NCBI GenBank assembly: GCA_020696385.1
Contig: JAEHCQ010000003.1
Location: forward strand, 33,889 to 97,888
From: Methanobacteriota archaeon
Lineage (GTDB): Archaea; Thermoplasmatota; Thermoplasmata; SG8-5; JAGLSY01
Length of the DNA stretch: 64,000 nucleotides
Direction of reading: 5' to 3'
Shown piece by piece: positions 1 to 9,185 of the stretch. Position 1 is the stretch's first letter. Each line of letters begins with the position of its first letter. The translations under genes and the position numbers were made by a program. A model generated the notes under the pieces. It did no database searches. It worked only from the letters and a program-made list of their open reading frames with translations, and was not told the origin of the DNA.

Positions 1-1510
1 TCATCTTCTTCTTGGTATTGTAGTCGTGGATAACATCGACCGGCCGTCCGGTTGATGGATCAATGCCAGACCAGTACATGCACGTGCTGGGTGTCATCGG
101 GGTCGGGGTGAACAATTGAAATTGCTCCACATTTCGCAATTTCTTTATCTCATCTACGAGAGCCAGCACCTCTTTCTCATCATCCCCCGGATGCCCGATC
201 ATGAAATAGTAGCGTAATGATTGCTTTCCATCCGGGTTGAGTCTTTCAAAATGAAGAATGAAATCAGCCAGTCGCTCATTCCTTTTGTTCATCAGGGCCA
301 GTACTTTTTTAGATGTGTGCTCGGGAGCTATTTTCAGGGTTCCGGAAACGTGGTGAGCCGACAGCTCCCGCATGTATTCCTCGCTCTCCATTGCCAGATC
401 ATATCGCACGCCACTGCGAACGAAGACCTTCTTCACACCCCGGACTTGCCTGGCTTTTCTCATTAGACTGATAAGTCGCTCATGGCTCTTGTCCAGCTTG
501 AAGCAGTTGATACATTTCCCATCACACCCAACACAATCCATGCCGTACATATTGGCTGACGGTCCACCCAGATCATCCACATAGCCCTTGAATTCCGGGT
601 GCTTGGCCATCCTCTCGATCTCGAATATGATGCTTTCCTCGGATCTGGAAATTATCTTGCTACCCTGATGCAATGCCAGGGAGCAGAAGCTGCACTCGCC
701 GATACAGCCACGGTGAGTGACCACCGAGAACTGAGCCATTTTCAAATTGGATCTCGAATGCATCTTTCTTGAGAATTCCATGGAATAAAGTCGATCAAGA
801 TGATCGGAAGAATAATTGGGGGATCTGAATTGTAGAAGGAAATCGTGTTCATACTGCTGGGCCAGGTTTTTGTTTATAGAAAAGCCAGCCTGCATTTCGC
901 AGAACTTCTCCTTGCTGGCCTTTATCTCAGTAAAGGAGGGCAGCTGATGAAAATCATCGGGAACTTCCTTGCTGATGATGCATGTGCCCTTCACGCCTGT
1001 GAGCTCTTGTCCATCACTCGCCTTTTTGGCCAACTGGACAATTTGTTTTTCCCCATTGCCGTAAACCAGCACATCCGCCCGGCAATCATACAAGATACTC
1101 CTTCGCAGATCATTGTCCCAGTAGTCATAATGGGCAAAGCGGCGAAGCGAGGCTTCTATGCCACCGATTATGATCCTGCACCCCTTGAAATAACGGCGAA
1201 GGGCATTGCAATACACGATCAATGCACGATCTGGCATGTCCGGCTCATCACGCCTCATTTTTTTCAGAGGCGTGTAATTGTTCAACATGCTGTCTATCGA
1301 GCCAGATGTGACACCGAAGAACAGTTTTGGTGAGCCAAGTTTTGTGAAGTCCGCCTCCACCAGAGGTTTTTCGATGATGCCGACAGAAAAACCTTCCGCA
1401 TCCAGCACTCGGGCTATCATTCCCACAGGAGAGAGCGGATGGTCGTCCCAATATTCCGCGCTTATCAGAATTATATCGAATTCACTGCCAGTTCGAGATA
1501 TCACAGACAT
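1..1510 (-). CDS. ygiQ: YgiQ-family radical SAM protein (UPF0313); partial, C-terminus runs off window start
   Basis: Reverse-strand ORF starts with ATG at 1508-1510 (MSVISRTGSEFDIILISAEYWDDHPLSPVGMIARVLDAEGF...) and continues to the window edge without a stop. It has the canonical radical-SAM CxxxCxxC motif (HRGCIGECSFC) and overall YgiQ-like organisation. It is absent from the ORF track only because no stop lies inside the window. Confidence 0.8.
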   Translation of the reverse strand, partial: MSVISRTGSEFDIILISAEYWDDHPLSPVGMIARVLDAEGFSVGIIEKPLVEADFTKLGSPKLFFGVTSGSIDSMLNNYTPLKKMRRDEPDMPDRALIVYCNALRRYFKGCRIIIGGIEASLRRFAHYDYWDNDLRRSILYDCRADVLVYGNGEKQIVQLAKKASDGQELTGVKGTCIISKEVPDDFHQLPSFTEIKASKEKFCEMQAGFSINKNLAQQYEHDFLLQFRSPNYSSDHLDRLYSMEFSRKMHSRSNLKMAQFSVVTHRGCIGECSFCSLALHQGSKIISRSEESIIFEIERMAKHPEFKGYVDDLGGPSANMYGMDCVGCDGKCINCFKLDKSHERLISLMRKARQVRGVKKVFVRSGVRYDLAMESEEYMRELSAHHVSGTLKIAPEHTSKKVLALMNKRNERLADFILHFERLNPDGKQSLRYYFMIGHPGDDEKEVLALVDEIKKLRNVEQFQLFTPTPMTPSTCMYWSGIDPSTGRPVDVIHDYNTKKKM

Positions 1511-1584
1511 CAGATAGTATGAAACCTATTTTTAATTTGGTATATTGTATAGGGTATGATATTATATATAATACATAAATACGA

Positions 1585-2604
1585 ATGTTTCAGCATATAA
1601 TATGTCCGAATAACCAATTAACAATGCAATTATCGAAAGATTTAAGAACTATTATGTACATAATCTGTCCCATGGATGAGACAGATATCAAGATCACAAG
1701 CATATTGCATGGGAACTCGCGAATATCGACAAGAGAGTTGGGAGATATACTGGACCTATCGGTGAACAGTATTCATAAAAGATTGAATGCCCTCATTGAT
1801 AATGGTGTTATCGAAACTTTTGTCATGGGCCCATCCTGTTCCTCTATAGAACATGTGTCTGTATTGATCATGGGAAATTCATCATGCTCATCCATGAATG
1901 AATGTGTGGCCAATCTGGGAAAGGACAAGAATGTGCTAAAGATCATAGTAGGACTGGACAATAAATTGTTCATATCCTGCATCATTCCTAATATATCAGA
2001 TCTGAGAGAGCTGACCGACCATTGTATACAGGCTGGTGAGCTGGAAGATTATCAGGTGGGCATATTCGATATCCCCGTATGCCAAAAGAAGAAGAAAAGT
2101 GATGAGGATGAAGAGGAAACAAAGAAAGTCAAGCTCACAAAGCTGGACTACAGGATCATACACAGCTTCTCCAAGAACTCACGGCGACCAATATCCGATG
2201 TCGCGGATGATCTGAATGTATCACCAAAGACAGTTAAAAGACGACTGGCAAAGTTGGAGAAAGAAAGCCTTGTAGGTTCCGGCATCCACTGGCAACCCAC
2301 CATGACCAATGATATAATCACCTATCTGTCAGTTACCGTGGATCCTGGTATAGATGTTATGGAGCTATTCACGAATTTGAGGGAAAACTATTGCCCCAAC
2401 TTCATCACTCTGTACTCCTTCGGCAACCTGCCGGACTTCATCTTGATACTGTTCTGGACCAAGACCATGAGGGAGATGAATGACATTCAGCAGGCCTTGA
2501 GAAAGGAATACGAATTCAAATCAATAAGGTCCAATATGCAGTACAGAGCCCATCATTTTGATACATGGTTGGACGATCATATCAAGAAAAGAGCCGAGCT
2601 GTAA
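1585..2604 (+). CDS. Tandem-duplicated Lrp/AsnC-type transcriptional regulator (two HTH + RAM-like units fused)
   Basis: 339-aa ORF with two AsnC-type HTH segments: ITSILHGNSRISTRELGDILDLSVNSIHKRL and LDYRIIHSFSKNSRRPISDVADDLNVSPKTVKRRLAKLEKESLV. A ~90-aa beta-alpha-beta-like segment follows each HTH. An AT-rich TATA-like element (tattatatataat) sits ~25 bp upstream of ATG 1585. An alternative start is ATG 1672 (MDETDIK). Confidence 0.6.
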   Translation: MFQHIICPNNQLTMQLSKDLRTIMYIICPMDETDIKITSILHGNSRISTRELGDILDLSVNSIHKRLNALIDNGVIETFVMGPSCSSIEHVSVLIMGNSSCSSMNECVANLGKDKNVLKIIVGLDNKLFISCIIPNISDLRELTDHCIQAGELEDYQVGIFDIPVCQKKKKSDEDEEETKKVKLTKLDYRIIHSFSKNSRRPISDVADDLNVSPKTVKRRLAKLEKESLVGSGIHWQPTMTNDIITYLSVTVDPGIDVMELFTNLRENYCPNFITLYSFGNLPDFILILFWTKTMREMNDIQQALRKEYEFKSIRSNMQYRAHHFDTWLDDHIKKRAEL

Positions 2605-2755
2605 TTCTTGGCCAGGCAATTTAAATTGTCCGTTTTAAACACATAAAAGTAGAGAAATCGCCCATTATCTCCCAAAATAAGATATTTTTTTGTCTGTTTC
2701 ATCTAACATGAGATTATAACCCTAACTGACAATATTCTTATTGAGGTGATAAAAA

Positions 2756-2977
2756 ATGAAACGATACAACCCGAGTGACAATATCATGGTCATACCATCC
2801 GCCCAATATCCACATATGATATCCATGCCAGATCGCAAGAACACAGTTCATTATGATCTCCACTCTCCTCAAAAGAAAACCAACAGGCCTGACAAGATCA
2901 ATCTGGTCAACAGAACAGCCATTTCGGTCATGTCCACTATAACCGGTCTGATATTGAAATGGAGGTCTGAAAGATGA
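2756..2977 (+). CDS. hypothetical small protein (73 aa)
   Basis: ORF preceded by a strong SD (gaggtgataaaaaATG). It overlaps the next ORF by ATGA, so the two are probably co-transcribed. Confidence 0.4.
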   Translation: MKRYNPSDNIMVIPSAQYPHMISMPDRKNTVHYDLHSPQKKTNRPDKINLVNRTAISVMSTITGLILKWRSER

Positions 2978-3348
2978 TGGACCTGGCGAAATTGGAGGCA
3001 AAGACAAAGGAGTCATGCCACAAGGAATCGATAATGGCAGTTGAGAAGTACCGTGGGTACAAGATAGGCGTGGGACTCAGAATAAACAAGAAGAACACAA
3101 AGAGGTTCTTCATCGCACTATTGGTATCCCTGGGCATCAATGAGGATTGTACCATTGACGTTGATATCCTTGAAAAGAAAGTGGAAGCCCTTAGACAACT
3201 GGACAAAATGGGGTATAAGTTGAGCTATGGGGGAAATGGCTCGGTATATTGCGAGCGAATGACAAAAAAGGGGGAAATGGAGAAGAGAATATCAAAACTT
3301 CAGGAAGTTCTGCCTGAATATTTGGGGTGTGAACTAATTGACAGCTGA
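2974..3348 (+). CDS. hypothetical protein (124 aa)
   Basis: SD ggaggtctgaaagATGATG; translationally coupled to the upstream and downstream small ORFs. No family recognised. Confidence 0.45.
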   Translation: MMDLAKLEAKTKESCHKESIMAVEKYRGYKIGVGLRINKKNTKRFFIALLVSLGINEDCTIDVDILEKKVEALRQLDKMGYKLSYGGNGSVYCERMTKKGEMEKRISKLQEVLPEYLGCELIDS

Positions 3349-3535
3349 GACTGATATACATTACATGCCGAGGAATCCAAAGGGCCCACCAGAACCGCTC
3401 CCTTACGTAGAGGTAATATCTTGTGCAATAAGATTGAAAGAATATACATTCAGGAAACTTGAAGCCAGGTTAGACCGGGGGGAGATAACTTTGGATGAGT
3501 TCAAAAAGGATGTGATGGTATTGAGGGAGATCTAG
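3338..3535 (+). CDS. small protein with SHOCT-like C-terminal motif (65 aa)
   Basis: C-terminus LEARLDRGEITLDEFKKDVMVLREI matches the SHOCT (short C-terminal domain) consensus L..L..G.IT.eEF...k..L. The start is either TTG 3338 or ATG 3365. Confidence 0.4.
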   Translation: MTAETDIHYMPRNPKGPPEPLPYVEVISCAIRLKEYTFRKLEARLDRGEITLDEFKKDVMVLREI

Positions 3536-3546
3536 GGGGTGTGGAA

Positions 3547-3852
3547 ATGAGAACAGATGATCCTCACATGACATTGATTCCTCCTATATTAGACATGAAA
3601 AGCCTACGGAGATATCAGAAAATTATAAGATCTTCTGATACCAAAGAGCAGGCAGATGAACAACCGCCCACTGTTCATCTGGGCATTGGACTGGCAATTA
3701 TCGCATCCATGACGGCATCGATAATTGCTTATGTCAGTGCCATCCAGCTCAGGGCCGCAGTGATGAGGTCTCTGGAAGGAAGGCTCGCCAATGGTGAAAT
3801 ATCTGAGGCAGAGTTCAAGGAGCGCGTGAAAGAGTTGAAGACAGCTATCTGA
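3547..3852 (+). CDS. single-TM membrane protein with SHOCT-like C-terminal motif
   Basis: SD gggggtgtggaaATG. One hydrophobic helix (GIGLAIIASMTASIIAYVSAI) precedes RSLEGRLANGEISEAEFKERVKELKTAI, a SHOCT-like motif. The ORF track begins at GTG 3541; ATG 3547 is preferred. Confidence 0.45.
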   Translation: MRTDDPHMTLIPPILDMKSLRRYQKIIRSSDTKEQADEQPPTVHLGIGLAIIASMTASIIAYVSAIQLRAAVMRSLEGRLANGEISEAEFKERVKELKTAI

Positions 3853-3876
3853 TCTTCAACTCTTTATTTATTTTTT

Positions 3877-3913
3877 TATATCAATATCAATATCAATATC
3901 AATATCAATATTA
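3877..3913. repeat. hexanucleotide microsatellite (TCAATA)x5 in an AT-rich intergenic region
   Basis: The sequence tatatcaatatcaatatcaatatcaatatcaatatt is read directly. Confidence 0.9.
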
Positions 3914-3979
3914 TTATGTCTGAGGAATAAAAATATACTGGACAGAGTATGCCTAATATTATACAAATAATTCTATATT

Positions 3980-4156
3980 TTATTCTTCATTTAATTGTTT
4001 CACCCTCAACTCCGCCTTGGATAGGATATCATCCGCGACCTTGGCCAGCTCCATGCCTTTCTCATAGAGCTCGACAGCCCTTTCCAGCTCGAGATCATCA
4101 TCTTCAAGCTCCTTCACGATCTTCTTCAGGTCCTTAACTGCCTTTTCGAACTTCAA
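3980..4156 (-). CDS. xseB: exodeoxyribonuclease VII small subunit
   Basis: Manual reverse-strand translation gives LKFEKAVKDLKKIVKELEDDDLELERAVELYEKGMELAKVADDILSKAELRVKQLNEE (58 aa). This is a typical XseB helical hairpin, compare E. coli ...LEESLNLYERGMAL.... It starts at TTG, overlaps the 3' end of xseA by ~23 nt in another frame, and is not in the ORF track. Confidence 0.55.
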   Translation of the reverse strand: MKFEKAVKDLKKIVKELEDDDLELERAVELYEKGMELAKVADDILSKAELRVKQLNEE

Positions 4157-5327
4157 TTTCCTTCACCTCTCCTTTTGCTTTACCATCTCTGAACATTGCC
4201 TTGAACTCTCCTTTCTCCAGGTCTGAAACATCACGTATCATATTCCCATCCTGGCTAAATGCCACCAGACCTTTCTCCTTTATTCCCGCCACCCAGGAGG
4301 ATCTCAGCATACTATCATTCTCAACAAGTATCGATCGATCCACCATCATTTTCTTCACTACCGAATGATCGATCTTTTCCTGAATCCGGACAATAGAATC
4401 TCGCTGCCCATCGATCCGCATCTTCATAGCCCGCCCGATCACATCCATATCGCACAGGTCCAGTGTCTGCCGGTTATTCCGCAGGACATATTCCATGGCC
4501 CCAGTCAGGCGTTCTGCCGCCATGCTCTTTTCCTGAATGACCTCCGACATATTATTGACGACCAACTTGGCAGCGGCCGTAGGTGTTACGGCAAAAGCGT
4601 CCGCGACCAGATCGGTTATCACCTGATCCACATCATGCCCAACTGCAGATATCGTAGGAGTGGAGCATCCGAACACAGCGCGTGCCAGCTTCTCATCATT
4701 GAAGCACCACAAATCCTCCATGGAACCACCTCCGCGGCCAAATATGATGATGTCCACCATATCATCAAGAGCTCGCAAGCCTTGGATGATACCTTCACTT
4801 GCTCCTTCGCCCTGCACTCGCGAGTCATAAAGCAGGACATCGATGGGAGGCCCATCCTCGAAGACACTGATCATGTCCTGGAGGCCAGCTCCCTTGATAC
4901 TTGATATCAGACCTACGCTTCGTATGAATTTTGGTATCGGCTTCTTGTGCTCGGGCTCAAAAAGACCCTCAGCCTGCAACTTGGTCTTCAGCTCTATGAA
5001 CTTCTTGTATAGGTCACCAGTGCCCATTGCCTTTATTTCTTTGACATCCAGCTGATAATTCGAGCCTCCGGGGTAGGTGGATATATCACCAGTCAAGATC
5101 ACCTTCATGCCATTATCCAGCTTGAGGTCCTTAATTACATCAAGGCGGCTATTCCACATCACACATCTCAGAACCGCGGTATCATCCTTCAGTGAGAAAT
5201 ACAAATGTCTTTTCATCCCTCTGAAATCAGTTATCTCGCCTATTACGGATACATTATGAAAGGCATCCTGGCCTCTGACCAGGTCCCGTATACGAAAAGC
5301 GACCTCGGAAACAGTTAATGGATTCAC
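4134..5327 (-). CDS. xseA: exodeoxyribonuclease VII large subunit
   Basis: 397 aa. N-terminal OB fold (LTVSEVAFRIRDLVRGQDAFHNVSVIGEITDFRGMKRHLYFSLKDDTAVLRCVMW) followed by the XseA catalytic region (LLYDSRVQGEGASEGI...). xseB lies directly downstream. Confidence 0.85.
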   Translation of the reverse strand: MNPLTVSEVAFRIRDLVRGQDAFHNVSVIGEITDFRGMKRHLYFSLKDDTAVLRCVMWNSRLDVIKDLKLDNGMKVILTGDISTYPGGSNYQLDVKEIKAMGTGDLYKKFIELKTKLQAEGLFEPEHKKPIPKFIRSVGLISSIKGAGLQDMISVFEDGPPIDVLLYDSRVQGEGASEGIIQGLRALDDMVDIIIFGRGGGSMEDLWCFNDEKLARAVFGCSTPTISAVGHDVDQVITDLVADAFAVTPTAAAKLVVNNMSEVIQEKSMAAERLTGAMEYVLRNNRQTLDLCDMDVIGRAMKMRIDGQRDSIVRIQEKIDHSVVKKMMVDRSILVENDSMLRSSWVAGIKEKGLVAFSQDGNMIRDVSDLEKGEFKAMFRDGKAKGEVKEIEVRKGS

Positions 5328-5566
5328 ATGTCAACATTCTGTTGTTATCTAATAAAGGTTATTGAGAGGGGGGTGGGAGAAAGTAATAGGTAGCACGGTA
5401 GAGAAAATATCGAGAGAAGTGGAAGATTAGACATTTTCCACCGTGCATTAACTACATTATAACGATAGTTAATAAACTTTACTACTGCCTACTTATTTGA
5501 CTCATGCTCATAATATTAGAGATAGGTATTGGATATTGGATATAATATTGAGAAATAATTAAGGAC

Positions 5567-5938
5567 ATGGACGATCATCAAGGTGCGATGAAAGGAAATA
5601 TCGATAAGGACATCTTGCCATACATAATTGATTCGATACCCGCTGAGCTGACATTCATAGATGAGAATGATCTCATTGTGTTTTGGAGCCAGCCCGAGAC
5701 AAAGATATTCAGCAGGCCAGACGGTATCCTGGGAATTGATATTAGAAAATGTCACCCCAAGAAAAGCCAGGATGATCTGGAAAAACTGCTTGCGGATATG
5801 AGATCTGGCTCCATTGACAAGAAAACAATGAGAACCGTGAACAATGGCATGGATATTCAGGTAGAATACGTCGCTGTTAGAGACAGCGATGGCAAATACA
5901 GAGGATGCCTTGAGGTATGTCGGGTGCTGGATAAATGA
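5567..5938 (+). CDS. DUF438-type PAS-like domain protein (123 aa)
   Basis: Motifs ILPYIIDSIPAELTFIDENDLIVFWS...IDIRKCHPKKSQDDLEKLLADMRSGS...YRGCLEVCRV match the PAS-like C-terminal domain of the DUF438 family as recalled, including the conserved CHPxKS motif. Confidence 0.55.
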   Translation: MDDHQGAMKGNIDKDILPYIIDSIPAELTFIDENDLIVFWSQPETKIFSRPDGILGIDIRKCHPKKSQDDLEKLLADMRSGSIDKKTMRTVNNGMDIQVEYVAVRDSDGKYRGCLEVCRVLDK

Positions 5939-5956
5939 TACCTTCATTTGGAATGA

Positions 5957-7027
5957 TCAGAGATCACCATACGCCTTCTTGATCTCTTTAGATGTTATTC
6001 TGGCCCTTTGGTCTTTTTTTCTTGCAAGGATGAATAATTCCCTCTGCATTTTCTTGTAATCACCATATCGTTCCTGCTCAAGATCACCCCTCTCGATCGC
6101 TTCCTTTATGGCACATTTTGGTTCTGTACGATGTCTGCAATCATTGAACTTACATTGTGAGGCCAGTATCTCAATGTCCTCGAACATGGATCCAAGTGTT
6201 GTCTCATTACCCCACAGGCCAAGCTCGCGAATGCCGGGATTATCAATGACCAATGCTCCATTATCCAATACCATCAACTCGCGATTTGTTGTCACATGCC
6301 GGCCATGAGAATCATGCTCCCTAACGGATCCTGTTTTCTGTTTTTCATGGCCAAGCAAAGTGTTTATGATAGTGGATTTACCAACACCAGAGGAACCCAC
6401 GAGGCTTATCGTGATGGCAGGCTGGAGATATTCCTGTATCACATCCAGACCTTCTTTTCCCAGGGCGCTGGTGATATGTATTGGAATATCGGCATCGATC
6501 TTTCTGATAGCATCTATCTTACTCTCTACATCCGCACATAGATCGGATTTATTCATTATGATGACCGGACGGGCTCCACTCTCGTGAGCCGCAAACATAT
6601 ATCTCTCCAGCCTTCGAATATTGAAATCCAGGTCCAGGCCAAGAACAATGAATATTATGTCAATATTGGATGAGATAACCTGGGCCTCGGTGATAAGATC
6701 CAGATTGCTGGCAACTTTCCTTTCAAGCGCGGTCCTTCTTGGTAAAAGACCATGTATAGACATCTTGCCAGTTATCCCATTACCCTTGACCGCCACCCAA
6801 TCCCCGACAATTGGGAAATCACTTCTCTCCGTGGTATTGAACCTGAACTTGCCAGTGACCTTGCCCTCAAGTTCACCCTGTTCGGACATCGCGGTGTAAA
6901 GATTGACATGTTGGGCAGTTATGCGTGCGGGAATGAATCCCAAATCGAGATAGTTTTGGAAGGCCTCCTCAAAATAGGCAGACCATCCGAGTTCTTCCAG
7001 TTTCATAATATCGAAATTGAAAGTCAT
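5957..7027 (-). CDS. rsgA: ribosome small-subunit-dependent GTPase A (RsgA/YjeQ/EngC)
   Basis: Circularly permuted GTPase signature: N-terminal OB region, Walker A VGSSGVGKSTIINTLLG, and a C-terminal zinc knuckle CKFNDCRHRTEPKCAIKEA. Confidence 0.85.
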   Translation of the reverse strand: MTFNFDIMKLEELGWSAYFEEAFQNYLDLGFIPARITAQHVNLYTAMSEQGELEGKVTGKFRFNTTERSDFPIVGDWVAVKGNGITGKMSIHGLLPRRTALERKVASNLDLITEAQVISSNIDIIFIVLGLDLDFNIRRLERYMFAAHESGARPVIIMNKSDLCADVESKIDAIRKIDADIPIHITSALGKEGLDVIQEYLQPAITISLVGSSGVGKSTIINTLLGHEKQKTGSVREHDSHGRHVTTNRELMVLDNGALVIDNPGIRELGLWGNETTLGSMFEDIEILASQCKFNDCRHRTEPKCAIKEAIERGDLEQERYGDYKKMQRELFILARKKDQRARITSKEIKKAYGDL

Positions 7028-7406
7028 AGAATAAATATATTTCGCTCATTCAATAAAAATTAGCCAGACTTGCTTCCACTGCCTATTGGCACATGGAAAG
7101 GTGCGGGGCGTTTTCAGTCAAGTTTTCTACAATTTCGGCTCTCATAGACTTTACCTCCGACTGAATAGATATTGAACAAAGGTGTATAAATAAATATTGA
7201 GATGGTAATTTGATAAAATTCAGACAAAATCAATGCAAAAACAAGATGAATGAGCAAAAAACAATTATCGAAGATACCCAGACATATTTTCATGTCCGAT
7301 TCTTTAACAGATAAGCAGAGAAACATCCCATTATTTCATATTTTTGTTTTATTTTTTTACTTCCGCATCTAACACCAAAATATAACCTATTCTGACAATT
7401 ATCATA

Positions 7407-7727
7407 ATGGTGACAAAGATGAAGATAAAGAAAAGATCAATAAAGAAAGGTGAGCTAGAAAAGGGGAATAAAGCCAAGGTGATAGGCATGGTGCTGGTAA
7501 TGAGCCTCATCGCAATGGGTATGGGATATGGCATAGCGATGAAGCCGTTGCTAACCACAAAAGCATGTGATACGCAGAAGATAGTAGCCCCGATCCATTC
7601 GGATGAAATTCCAAATGAAGTAGATATGGTGGATCCAATTATTCCAATGACCGCATCACCAAAGGCATCATGTGTGTATGACAATGCAGGATGCTCCGGA
7701 ATAGCAAGTGACGTCAGGCATATTTAA
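7407..7727 (+). CDS. hypothetical small secreted/membrane protein (106 aa)
   Basis: Basic N-terminus followed by a hydrophobic stretch (KVIGMVLVMSLIAMGMGYGIAM). AT-rich TATA-like promoter ~30 bp upstream and no SD, so possibly leaderless. The overlapping antisense ORF 7349..7684 is judged less likely. Confidence 0.3.
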   Translation: MVTKMKIKKRSIKKGELEKGNKAKVIGMVLVMSLIAMGMGYGIAMKPLLTTKACDTQKIVAPIHSDEIPNEVDMVDPIIPMTASPKASCVYDNAGCSGIASDVRHI

Positions 7728-7841
7728 TTCAGGATTAGAAGAACTGGCATCTTGCCCAATTGATGCCAGTTCTCTCATACCTGTGATTGTGTGCCTGCAA
7801 TATTTTTATTTTAAAATATATATTATATGCGTGGTATTTAA

Positions 7842-8831
7842 ATGAGCGCTCGGGAAATATTTTTATCACTTAGCATTCTAACTATCTGCATGCGATTCAA
7901 GTTCTACGACGAGGTGGATCCGGACCAGGTGAATGACATAATGCTCATATGCCATGGTGAGCCAGCTGACCGCAAACTGGTCGATAAGGTTAGGAGGACC
8001 GATCCTTTCAATTCTCCCTGGTTCAGGATGTACGCTGTGGAAAAGGGACAGATAATGTCCCAGGTAGGCGCGACATATCCCATGATAGAGACCGCGCAGG
8101 GCAAAATGAAAATTGGATATATAGAAGCCGTCGCCACCTTTCCCAGATATGCCAAGAAAGGTGTGGCCAGGAAGCTGATGAACAAGGTGCATGAACACAT
8201 GATCGAGGATGATGTGGATCTATTCTTCCTCGGTGCATCCAGGACCAGTGTGGCTCCACTTCTCTATTCTGATCTTGGCTATCATGTAATTGGAGAATAT
8301 GACTGGGGGATGAAAAAGCGCCAGACATATCCAAAGACCGGCATCACCATGAAGGTGCGACGACACAAGATAGACAATGGCGATGAGATGTTCAGGAAAG
8401 CCATCAAAGGAAAATTGGGATTCATCCATAGGCCAGATGATTATCCTAAAAAGAAATCAACCTGGGGAGCCTTCTATCAAAAAGCAGTTACATTCTATCG
8501 AGATGAAAAACCAATTGGCTATGCCTATGTAAGGTTCATGGGTGAATATTTAGGGATAAGAGAGCTGGTATGCCCCAATGGCAAGGACTTTGCCCCATGC
8601 CTTCAAGCCCTGGAGAACCACTTCAAAAAACCAGAATATGTGACTCGCTCCTTGGTCGGCCCCTCACCTAGCCAGGCCAAGAAATATGAGGACTATGGAT
8701 TCAGGACAATGGACACATGGGGAATACACATGGCCATGGATCCAAAGGGCAAGATGAACCAGAAGCAGTTGGAAGAGCTCCTGGGAATCGATAAAGACTT
8801 ATTTCAGATCAAGTCTTTGGACACTTACTGA
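7842..8831 (+). CDS. GNAT-family N-acetyltransferase domain protein
   Basis: Acetyl-CoA binding motif IGYIEAVATFPRYAKKGVARKLM (R/Q-x-x-G-x-A/G). The second half may be a degenerate GNAT-like fold, giving an Eis-like two-lobe arrangement. The start is uncertain; internal ATGs are possible. Confidence 0.6.
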   Translation: MSAREIFLSLSILTICMRFKFYDEVDPDQVNDIMLICHGEPADRKLVDKVRRTDPFNSPWFRMYAVEKGQIMSQVGATYPMIETAQGKMKIGYIEAVATFPRYAKKGVARKLMNKVHEHMIEDDVDLFFLGASRTSVAPLLYSDLGYHVIGEYDWGMKKRQTYPKTGITMKVRRHKIDNGDEMFRKAIKGKLGFIHRPDDYPKKKSTWGAFYQKAVTFYRDEKPIGYAYVRFMGEYLGIRELVCPNGKDFAPCLQALENHFKKPEYVTRSLVGPSPSQAKKYEDYGFRTMDTWGIHMAMDPKGKMNQKQLEELLGIDKDLFQIKSLDTY

Positions 8832-8934
8832 ATAAAATGTTGATCCTTTGCCAGACTGTGCACTCCAGCCCATCATCTTTAAATGGAAATAAGATGATCA
8901 GATCGACACATGCGGGGTATCCAGCCTGCATGGA

Positions 8935-9126
8935 ATGCCTGGTATCATGGGAGGAGTGGCCGCAATCTTCGTGGTTGCTGGTCTTGACGTACAATCACAA
9001 TTGATGGCCATCGCGATAACAGTGGCCATCGCAATAGGATCTGGCTGGTTCGTGGGACAGATACTCGCTCTTCTCGGAACGAGGATACTTCCATATGATG
9101 ATTCGGAAGAATTCCTGGATGAGTAG
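8935..9126 (+). CDS. hypothetical small membrane protein (63 aa)
   Basis: Two hydrophobic segments. Followed at 9141-9180 by a GC hairpin plus T-tract. Support is weak. Confidence 0.25.
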   Translation: MPGIMGGVAAIFVVAGLDVQSQLMAIAITVAIAIGSGWFVGQILALLGTRILPYDDSEEFLDE

Positions 9127-9140
9127 AATAACAACAATAA

Positions 9141-9180
9141 CCGGGGCAGGTGATTTTTCCTGCCCCGATACCCTTTTATT
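9141..9180 (+). terminator. hairpin + T-tract terminator
   Basis: ccggggcagg-tgatttttc-ctgccccg forms a 9-bp GC stem followed by atacccttttatttt. The ORF track's GTG 9150 start lies inside this hairpin, so the downstream gene more likely starts at ATG 9186. Confidence 0.6.
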
Positions 9181-9185
9181 TTGAC

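Noticed and set aside
845-1517. ORF-track ORFs 845..1333(+), 1278..1517(+), 1248..1451(-) etc.
   Set aside because: They are antisense to, or overlap, the well-supported YgiQ radical SAM gene (CxxxCxxC motif, continuous reading frame to the window edge).
3877-3913. CRISPR-like repeat array
   Set aside because: It is a simple hexanucleotide microsatellite (TCAATA)5 with no spacers. No cas genes or longer repeat-spacer arrays occur anywhere in the window.
7349-7684. Minus-strand 111-aa ORF overlapping the 7407..7727 plus-strand ORF
   Set aside because: The plus-strand ORF has an upstream AT-rich promoter-like region and a plausible signal/TM pattern. The minus ORF translation is low-complexity hydrophobic with no upstream signals. 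Both remain low confidence.
8809-9137. Alternative small ORFs (8809..8994-, 8898..9137-, 35-aa Cys-containing frame at ~8893)
   Set aside because: They overlap each other and the GNAT 3' end and have no supporting signals. Only the 63-aa plus-strand membrane ORF is retained, at low confidence.
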